Notes under the pieces: generated by a model
What the model was told of the DNA's origin: nothing
The model's input: the letters and a program-made list of their open reading frames with translations, nothing else
Databases searched by the model: none
Shown: positions 1 to 6,188 of the stretch, piece by piece
Layout: each line of letters opens with the position of its first letter
Numbering within the stretch: the stretch's first letter is position 1
Source: Methanobacteriaceae archaeon
GTDB taxonomy: Archaea; Methanobacteriota; Methanobacteria; Methanobacteriales; Methanobacteriaceae
Assembly: GCA_003558085.1 (NCBI GenBank)
Contig: PWMT01000035.1
Location: forward strand, 1-10,193
Reading direction: 5' to 3'
Length of the DNA: 10,193 bases
Made by a program: the position numbers and the translations under genes

Positions 1-1
1 A

Positions 2-625
2 GATAAGCAAATCTTAAAGCAAATCCGACAGAAAGGAGGGTTGGTATTTCAAAACCCAGATGATCAATTATTTGCCACTACCGTAGTTGAGGATGTGGCT
101 TTTGGGCCCCTTAATTTGGGTTTATCTAAAGAAGAAGTGGAAAATAGAGTTGATGTTGCATTGGAAAAGGTAGGTATGGATGGTTTTGAGGATAAGCCTC
201 CTCATCACTTAAGCGGAGGTCAAAAAAGGAGAGTGGCCATAGCTGGTATATTAGCCATGGATCCTAATATTATGGTTCTGGATGAACCTACCAGTGGCCT
301 GGATCCATATGGTGTTCTTCAAATACTTAAAATATTACAGGAATTCAATCAGGATGGAATGACCATTCTATTAACCAGTCACGATGTAGATATTATCCCC
401 TTATTTGCCGATAGAATTTATGTCATGCATCATGGGGAAGTGGCAGGGGAGGGAACACCAGAGAGAATATTTGCCAGTCCAAATTTGGTTAGGAAGGCCC
501 ATCTCAGACAACCACAAGTGGCTGATTTACTATATAGTTTGAAAAGTAGGGGAATTGATGTTGAAATTAAATTGACGGTTAAAGAGGCCAGAGATGAACT
601 TTTAAGGATCTTAGAAAAAATTTAA
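2..625 (+). CDS. cbiO: Energy-coupling factor (Co/Ni) ABC transporter ATPase, CbiO/EcfA family; 5'-truncated by the window edge
   Basis: The frame is open from base 2 ([24 protein letters not shown]...), so the TTG at 41 is not the true start. Q-loop [10 protein letters not shown], signature LSGGQKRR, Walker [11 protein letters not shown] and H-loop SHD are present. Walker A lies upstream of the window. Confidence 0.9.
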   Translation, partial: DKQILKQIRQKGGLVFQNPDDQLFATTVVEDVAFGPLNLGLSKEEVENRVDVALEKVGMDGFEDKPPHHLSGGQKRRVAIAGILAMDPNIMVLDEPTSGLDPYGVLQILKILQEFNQDGMTILLTSHDVDIIPLFADRIYVMHHGEVAGEGTPERIFASPNLVRKAHLRQPQVADLLYSLKSRGIDVEIKLTVKEARDELLRILEKI

Positions 626-723
626 GTTATAAATCAATTCTCAGTTATTACCTTCTAATTTTATTTAAAGATGAATCTCTGGAATCTTCCAGGAATTTAA
701 AGGGTATAAAACTCTTTGTATAG

Positions 724-822
724 AAAAAAATAGGGGGATCAGATTTATTCAAATCCCCTTAGACATCATAGGTAATAGGAGGATATTTTTTGGATTCATT
801 TGCGATGTCTTTTTTTCCACTC
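724..822 (-). ncRNA. Candidate small RNA (~95-100 nt) divergent from the feoB promoter
   Basis: Minus-strand TATA TTTAAATA at 849-842 with an A-rich BRE-like run upstream. Stem AGACATC/GATGTCT (761-767/804-810) encloses CCTCCT on the minus strand. Hairpin GGGGAT/ATCCCC (734-739/753-758) is followed by T7 on the minus strand (730-724). No expression evidence. Confidence 0.3.
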
Positions 823-834
823 ATATGGAGATAA
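790..834 (+). CDS. Candidate 14-aa hydrophobic micropeptide MDSFAMSFFPLIWR
   Basis: Perfect AGGAGG at 777-782, a 7-nt spacer, TTG at 790 and TAA at 832-834. Too short to support by homology. Confidence 0.2.
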   Translation: MDSFAMSFFPLIWR

Positions 835-890
835 CATTTACTATTTAAAGTTTACTTTATTATTTTTAAATTACACTTGATTTAAGTTAA

Positions 891-908
891 AATAACAAGG
901 TTTAAATA
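891..908 (+). promoter_or_regulatory. Archaeal BRE/TATA promoter of the feoB operon
   Basis: Purine-rich AATAACAAGG (891-900) is followed by TTTAAATA (901-908). The expected TSS at ~930 falls inside operator 1. RBS-like GGGAGA at 995-1000 precedes ATG 1010. Confidence 0.65.
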
Positions 909-919
909 TCATTAAAGAT

Positions 920-933
920 TTAGGTATACCTAA
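920..933. promoter_or_regulatory. DtxR/SirR/MntR-type metal-repressor operator 1 (TTAGGTATACCTAA)
   Basis: Perfect 14-bp palindrome matching the TTAGGT-NN-ACCTAA core of DtxR-family boxes, directly downstream of the TATA box of an iron-uptake operon. Confidence 0.85.
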
Positions 934-944
934 CTTTCCAATTA

Positions 945-958
945 TTAGGTTCACCTAA
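945..958. promoter_or_regulatory. DtxR/SirR/MntR-type metal-repressor operator 2 (TTAGGTTCACCTAA)
   Basis: Second copy with identical 6-bp arms, starting 25 bp after the start of operator 1. Confidence 0.8.
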
Positions 959-1009
959 CAAAAAACATTACAATCTAATACTTACAAAAAGAATGGGAGA
1001 ATAAGCTTT

Positions 1010-3031
1010 ATGGTGAGTAAAACCATTACATCATGGTTTAAAGGTTTTAAAAAGAATAAAAGCGATTTAAAATCAAAAAATCTTCAAAAAACCTCTCAAA
1101 CCGATGAAGGAAAAAAAATAATATTGGTCGGAAACCCTAATGTAGGAAAAAGCCTACTTTTCAATAGACTAACAGGAAGCTACGTCACCGTATCCAACTA
1201 CCCCGGAACTACCGTATCAGTGGATACAGGAAAATGTGAAATAGCTGGTGAAAAATTTGAAGTTATAGACTCACCAGGAATGTATTCTTTAAGCTCCATC
1301 ACTGAAGAAGAGAGAATATCCAAACTGATACTCTTCCAAGAAGATGCTGATATTTTAGTTCACGTGGTGGACGCTAAAAACATGGAAAGAATGCTACCCC
1401 TGACCTTGCAGCTTGCTGAAGCCAAATTACCAGTATTACTGGTAGTGAACATGATTGATGAGGCAGAAAAAGCAGGAATAAAAATAGATAAGTCTCAATT
1501 AGAAAAGGAACTTAAAATTCCAGTGGTCACCACAGCAGCCACGACTGGAGAAGGAATTGCTGAACTGCACCGTAAAATCTCAGAATACACTTCCCAGGAT
1601 AACTATCAGGTAAAGTATGATGAGAAAATTGAAAATTCTATCCAGAAAATCAAATCTCTCCTAGAAGGAGAGTATCCTATCTCCAAACGTTCACTATCAT
1701 TGTTATTATTACAGGAAGATGAAGATATTCAAAATTTAGTTAAAGAAACTGAAGGCTCTAATTATGAAAATATTCATAAGATACTCTCTAAAACTTTATC
1801 TAATTTCAAACAACCAGTTAATTATCTGGTAAAAATGAAGCTCCAGCGAGAGGCCAGTAATCTAGTCTCTGCTCATATATCTGATTATGTGGAAGAACCT
1901 ATGGATTTAAAGGAAAAAATTAGTAGGGCTATGATAAGACCCTTAACTGGTGTACCCATACTTTTAGTTTCATTATTCGCACTTTTTATTTGGTTAGGAG
2001 TGGGAGCCGATTCAGTAGGTCATCTTATAGAAGATGATTTATTTGAAGAATTTTTAACTCCCATTTTAATTGACTGGGTAAATACTTACATACCCTACAC
2101 CGCCATACAGGACCTCATAGTGGGAGAGTTCGGTATTTTCACTTTAGGTATAACCTATGCAATCGGGATCATCCTACCGATAGTTGGATTTTTCTTCTTT
2201 GCTTTTTCAGTATTAGAGGACAGTGGATATCTACCTCGCCTGGCTTTACTTCTAGATAGACTCTTCAAAAAAATCGGTTTAAGTGGAAGGTCCATTATAC
2301 CTATGGTAATGGGTATAGGCTGTGGTAGTATGGCTACCCTGGTAACCCGAACCCTGGAAACTGACCGGGAAAAGAAGATAGCAACCCTGCTTTTAGCATT
2401 AACCATTCCCTGCGCTGCTCAATTAGGAGTTATATTCGCGGTGTTATCGGTTTATCCTAGTGCGCTGATTTTATGGGGTGTGGTAATATTATTAACCTAT
2501 ATCATCATAGGATTTGCGGCCTCCAAATTATTACCTGGAGCTAATCCCTCATTTTATATGGAATTACCTCCTCTAAGATTCCCTAAACTTTCTAATGTTT
2601 TAAGGAAAACTTATACTAGACTGATATGGTATTTTAAGGAGTTATTCCCCCTTTTCATTGCCATCAGTGTATTAATCTGGGCTTTAGATTTAGTGGGGGT
2701 ATTGGACTTTATAATTGCAGGGATGAATCCCCTTCTTAATGCCTTAGGCCTGCCTATTGAAACTGCACAGACTTTTATCCTAGGATTCTTCCGAAGAGAT
2801 TACGGTGCTGCAGGCTTATATAATATACAAGAGGCCCTTACTGGGGTGCAGTTATTGGTAACTGCCGTAGTTCTAACCCTTTTTATGCCTTGTGTAGTTC
2901 AATTTGTGGTTATGATGAAGGAACGAGGTACTAAAATAGGAATACTCATGGCCTTGTTTGTAGTAGTCTTTGCCTTTATAGTAGGGTTCCTGCTTAACTT
3001 TATCTTAACTGGATTAGGAGTAGTTTTATGA
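1010..3031 (+). CDS. feoB: Ferrous iron transporter FeoB
   Basis: G1 GNPNVGKS, G2 NYPGTTV, G3 DSPG and G4 NMID, then a polytopic membrane domain with LEDSGYLPRLA, GIGC, IPCAAQ, MELPPLRFP and FMPC motifs. 673 aa. Confidence 0.97.
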   Translation: MVSKTITSWFKGFKKNKSDLKSKNLQKTSQTDEGKKIILVGNPNVGKSLLFNRLTGSYVTVSNYPGTTVSVDTGKCEIAGEKFEVIDSPGMYSLSSITEEERISKLILFQEDADILVHVVDAKNMERMLPLTLQLAEAKLPVLLVVNMIDEAEKAGIKIDKSQLEKELKIPVVTTAATTGEGIAELHRKISEYTSQDNYQVKYDEKIENSIQKIKSLLEGEYPISKRSLSLLLLQEDEDIQNLVKETEGSNYENIHKILSKTLSNFKQPVNYLVKMKLQREASNLVSAHISDYVEEPMDLKEKISRAMIRPLTGVPILLVSLFALFIWLGVGADSVGHLIEDDLFEEFLTPILIDWVNTYIPYTAIQDLIVGEFGIFTLGITYAIGIILPIVGFFFFAFSVLEDSGYLPRLALLLDRLFKKIGLSGRSIIPMVMGIGCGSMATLVTRTLETDREKKIATLLLALTIPCAAQLGVIFAVLSVYPSALILWGVVILLTYIIIGFAASKLLPGANPSFYMELPPLRFPKLSNVLRKTYTRLIWYFKELFPLFIAISVLIWALDLVGVLDFIIAGMNPLLNALGLPIETAQTFILGFFRRDYGAAGLYNIQEALTGVQLLVTAVVLTLFMPCVVQFVVMMKERGTKIGILMALFVVVFAFIVGFLLNFILTGLGVVL

Positions 3032-3216
3032 AATGCGCCTTATGCGGATATGTTTTTGATGAGACAAAAAGGTTAGAGAGCTGCCAGTCCTGTCTGGGAT
3101 CCGGATGTACTAAAATAAAATGTCCTAACTGTGGATATGAAACCCTGCCTGACCCAGAAATAGGCTCTAAAATTATTAAATTTTTAAAAAGGAGGTTAAA
3201 ACTTGATGATAAGTGA
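3028..3216 (+). CDS. FeoB-associated Cys-rich small protein (zinc-ribbon or Fe-S candidate), 62 aa
   Basis: ATGA start/stop overlap with feoB and AGGAG upstream. Seven Cys are arranged CALC...CQSC-x4-C...CPNC, with a basic C-terminal tail. Confidence 0.85.
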   Translation: MKCALCGYVFDETKRLESCQSCLGSGCTKIKCPNCGYETLPDPEIGSKIIKFLKRRLKLDDK

Positions 3217-3880
3217 ACCTGCAGAAGAAGCCTTAGAGAGAATATGGGCGTGTTTAGAAGAAAAGGATGAGGATTTTATATCCGAAGAATTACAATCCTA
3301 TGATCAGCAAATCCTCAAAGAACTGAAAGATCTAAATTTAATCGAATACCGTGATCAGGAGATTTTTTTAACCTCAAAAGGTTTTGAAGAAGCTAAAAGT
3401 GTTATTAGAAGGCATCGTTTAGCTGAAAAATTACTCCATGATGTTTTAGGTTTAAGTGGGGAGGATATGGAAACTGCTGCCTGTAACTTTGAACATATAC
3501 TAGGTGGTGAATTAGAGGAGAGTATCTGCACTCTTTTATCTCACCCCGAAAAATGCCCTCATGGTAAACCTATACCCCCTTGTGAGTGTGTACATGAGGG
3601 TAAATGTGCCTGCACCGTCGCGGTAAAAGAAATAATTGAAAAATCTGTTTTACCCTTAAATAATCTGGATAAAGGTCAGCGTGGTGAAATTGTTTATGTT
3701 AAAACCAATAAAAAAGAAAACCTGAATAAAATACTCTCCATTGGGCTTTTACCTGGTCGTAAAGTTAAAATTCTTCAAAACTATCCTTCTTATGTTTTCC
3801 AGATGGAACATACTCAAGTCGCCATTGACCGAGAACTTGCACAGAGCATTTACGTGGGAAATATTGAAGATGAAAATTAG
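3203..3880 (+). CDS. DtxR/MntR-family metal-dependent protein with C-terminal FeoA (SH3-like) domain; winged HTH appears degenerate
   Basis: AGGAGG at 3190-3195 precedes TTG 3203/ATG 3206. LTSKG, RRHRLAE, ACNFEH and CPHGKPIP motifs are present, as is a FeoA-like tail (LNKILSIGLLPGRKVKIL...AIDRELAQSIYV). Confidence 0.92.
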   Translation: MMISEPAEEALERIWACLEEKDEDFISEELQSYDQQILKELKDLNLIEYRDQEIFLTSKGFEEAKSVIRRHRLAEKLLHDVLGLSGEDMETAACNFEHILGGELEESICTLLSHPEKCPHGKPIPPCECVHEGKCACTVAVKEIIEKSVLPLNNLDKGQRGEIVYVKTNKKENLNKILSIGLLPGRKVKILQNYPSYVFQMEHTQVAIDRELAQSIYVGNIEDEN

Positions 3881-3968
3881 ATTCTAATTTTTTTTTAAAC
3901 CTATACTTTCTTTTTAATCTTAAAATGCTTTAAATAGATCTGGAATTAGCTTCTAATTTTTTTTTTAA
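3873..3968 (+). terminator. Duplicated terminator-like element after the feo operon
   Basis: AATTAG-ATT-CTAA-T9-AA (3875-3898) and AATTAG-CTT-CTAA-T10-AA (3944-3968). Each is a short palindrome running into an oligo-T tract. Confidence 0.65.
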
Positions 3969-4204
3969 TTTATTTTTTTAGTTTTAGATAATTTTTTCTA
4001 GATTATGTCTTATTTTTATACTTAACCCTTCTGTTATTTTTAATTTAAATTTGTAAGGATTAGTTATCTCGTTTTTATCTAAATTAGATTGATATTATTT
4101 TTTTACATATTCAAGGTTGAGTAATAAGAATAAGCCGAATTTAAGTCTAAAAATATTACTTAATCTCTGGTATTACCAAATAAAAGAATTGAAGGCCAAA
4201 AGAA

Positions 4205-4224
4205 ATAATAAATATTATATATAA
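4205..4224 (+). promoter_or_regulatory. Probable TATA promoter of the DUF2162-exbB-DUF2149 operon
   Basis: TTATATAT at 4215-4222, ~60 bp upstream of ATG 4280. The AT-rich background lowers specificity. Confidence 0.5.
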
Positions 4225-4248
4225 TGTATGATAAAGATCGATCTAACC

Positions 4249-4276
4249 TAGGAGAACTAATATAGGAGAATTAATA
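4249..4276 (+). repeat. 14-bp tandem duplication containing the ribosome-binding site
   Basis: TAGGAGAACTAATA (4249-4262) and TAGGAGAATTAATA (4263-4276) are 13/14 identical. Confidence 0.8.
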
Positions 4277-4279
4277 ATC

Positions 4280-4987
4280 ATGCTAGACTTATTATGGCAA
4301 ATGGGAATTTTATCTGCAATTCTAGTATTCGGGGTTAAAATAGGATTGGCTATGGGCTTTACTGGTCTTTCTAAAAAAATTGGAGCGGCAATATCAGCTG
4401 CTTACGGTATAGGCATACTCTTACTTTCTTATATAATCACAGGATACACGGATTTAATGTTTACCATAGTATATGATTTTAATTTCATCATATTCCTGGT
4501 ACTGGCTATGGTGATAATTTTTGCTGGTTTTATCACCATCCGAGAATGGAAAGAGCATGGTAAAAATCAGGCCAAAGCCACCTGTGCCGCTATGATAGCT
4601 CCTTGTCCTTGCTGCTTTGGGGCTATACTGGCAGCTATAGTAATCGCATCACCCTTTTTAGGTTTATCAGCAAGTTTTATAGGCCGCTACGTGGCATTGA
4701 TCCTGAGTTTAACTATATTTGGTTTTTATTTGGCTTCCGATTATATAATTGCTTATATGAAAACCCCTTATCCGATTTTACTCGGTAATTACATGCTATT
4801 TATAGGTTTCTATTTTTTAGCATCAGCCATATTGATTCCCCAGATAAGCATGGTTTTAGAAACACCCCTCAGTCCTTTAAATATTCCTTCTATTTCCACT
4901 CTGTTTTATGTGTTGCTGCTGGTGGGACTGCTAATAGGGCTGGGGATATATTTAAATCAGAAAAAGAGCATTTTGATTGAAAAATAA
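4280..4987 (+). CDS. DUF2162-family predicted membrane transporter (HmuT-like)
   Basis: Highly hydrophobic 235-aa protein with about 7 TM segments, an N-terminal [10 protein letters not shown] and a central PCPCC motif. It sits in the typical order before ExbB-like and DUF2149 genes. Confidence 0.8.
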   Translation: MLDLLWQMGILSAILVFGVKIGLAMGFTGLSKKIGAAISAAYGIGILLLSYIITGYTDLMFTIVYDFNFIIFLVLAMVIIFAGFITIREWKEHGKNQAKATCAAMIAPCPCCFGAILAAIVIASPFLGLSASFIGRYVALILSLTIFGFYLASDYIIAYMKTPYPILLGNYMLFIGFYFLASAILIPQISMVLETPLSPLNIPSISTLFYVLLLVGLLIGLGIYLNQKKSILIEK

Positions 4988-5019
4988 GTTATTATACAAT
5001 TAACTATAGAGGTGAGTGC

Positions 5020-5688
5020 ATGGTAGCTGTACCTGGCAGTGAAATATTAAGTGGAGGATTACATGTAGTAGCTCAGAGTCTATTCATTCCAGTTATCATT
5101 GGTTTATTAGCTTTCATAGCCTATTCCATAATTACTCTAGGCGGATTGATATCTGAGTACACTTCCCGGATAAAAGTTGATGTGAAACAAATTGAGGATT
5201 TAATAAAAGCCATATCTGGATCGAAACCAGAGCAAATAGTGGATATAGTTAAAAATAGTGGACTTCCCCAGAGTCAGAAAAAAATATTAACTGATATCGC
5301 CCTAAGCAGTGATTTAGGTCCAGATTCCATGGAATCTTTAGCTAGAAAATTAATTGAAAACGAAGAACTTCGGGTGGAAAAAAGCGTGGAAAAGACGGAT
5401 ATGGTGACTAGACTAGGCCCTACTTTGGGTTTGATGGGTACTTTAATCCCAATGGGTCCTGGATTAGCTGCACTGGGAGTGGGAGATGTTACTACTTTAG
5501 CCCAATCCATCATAGTGGCCTTCGATACTACGGTGGCAGGTTTGGCTGCAGGAGGTATATGTTATTTTATCTCTAAAATCCGTAGGCGATGGTATGAGGA
5601 ATATCTATCCAACCTGGAATCGGTGGCTGAATCAATAGTGGAGGTTAATAAAAATGCTTCGACCAGTAAAACGCAGACGGTTTGGTAG
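5020..5688 (+). CDS. MotA/TolQ/ExbB proton-channel family protein (HmuU-like)
   Basis: GAGGTGA RBS at 5009-5015. One N-terminal TM segment, a cytoplasmic helical region, then [14 protein letters not shown] and [14 protein letters not shown] motifs. Confidence 0.9.
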   Translation: MVAVPGSEILSGGLHVVAQSLFIPVIIGLLAFIAYSIITLGGLISEYTSRIKVDVKQIEDLIKAISGSKPEQIVDIVKNSGLPQSQKKILTDIALSSDLGPDSMESLARKLIENEELRVEKSVEKTDMVTRLGPTLGLMGTLIPMGPGLAALGVGDVTTLAQSIIVAFDTTVAGLAAGGICYFISKIRRRWYEEYLSNLESVAESIVEVNKNASTSKTQTVW

Positions 5689-5992
5689 ACAGGATGAAGA
5701 TCCCATGGCAGGCACCGCTAATTTAGTAGATGCCATGTTGGTTTTATCGGTAGGATTTTTAATATTCCTAGTCTTATCCTGGAACATGCAAAGTGTGGTC
5801 TTTGCTGACATGTCCCCGGAAGAACGCCAGCAAACCATGGAAGCAATGAGAGATGTGGCTGAAATAGAGATGGGTGAGCAAATCGATGAAACCCCTGATG
5901 TATCTTCTGGTTCTGGTGAAGGTTTTGTACCTTTAGGAAGAGTTTACCGTGATCCTGAAACCGATAAATTGATTATGATTGAGGGAGGATAG
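5654..5992 (+). CDS. DUF2149-family single-TM protein (ExbD/MotB-like partner, HmuV-like)
   Basis: GGAGG at 5640-5644. Basic N-terminus, [22 protein letters not shown] segment with an intramembrane Asp, and a C-terminal G-x-[13 protein letters not shown] motif. Overlaps the upstream gene by 35 nt. Confidence 0.85.
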   Translation: MLRPVKRRRFGRQDEDPMAGTANLVDAMLVLSVGFLIFLVLSWNMQSVVFADMSPEERQQTMEAMRDVAEIEMGEQIDETPDVSSGSGEGFVPLGRVYRDPETDKLIMIEGG

Positions 5993-6005
5993 AAAAAACT
6001 CTCCA

Positions 6006-6040
6006 TATTTTTTTTATAAACCTAGTTTTTAGTTTTTTTA
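6006..6040 (+). terminator. Oligo-T terminator region
   Basis: T8 at 6008-6015 and further T tracts just after the DUF2149 stop. Confidence 0.5.
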
Positions 6041-6188
6041 GCATTACTAAACTGCAGATTATAAGAGTTTGTTCTTATTAATTTATTTTGCAGTTTTTAA
6101 CTACTTGTTCCCTATAATTATTTTTTAAAGATTTTAAGAGTTCATTTTCCGATAATTATAATTAACTGAAAAATCTTATTTATGGCCT

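Noticed and set aside
41-43. TTG start for cbiO with GGAGG upstream
   Set aside because: The frame is open to the window edge and a protein starting here would lack Walker A. The GGAGG is coding sequence.
681-690. NrpR nitrogen operator
   Set aside because: The NrpR consensus is GGAA-N6-TTCC. The spacer here is only 2 nt, and the neighbouring genes are not nitrogen-related.
626-1009. Known riboswitch (cobalamin, NiCo, yybP-ykoY) upstream of feoB
   Set aside because: I could not recognise the conserved core motifs of these families by eye. An Rfam cmscan would be decisive.
2155-2406. 83-aa minus-strand ORF
   Set aside because: It is an antisense shadow inside feoB with no recognisable motif.
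4603-4788. 61-aa plus-strand alternate-frame ORF
   Set aside because: It is fully nested in the DUF2162 gene, starts with TTG, and has no convincing RBS or motif.
5274-5838. Minus-strand ORFs 5274-5513 and 5632-5838
   Set aside because: They are antisense shadows of the ExbB-like and DUF2149 genes.
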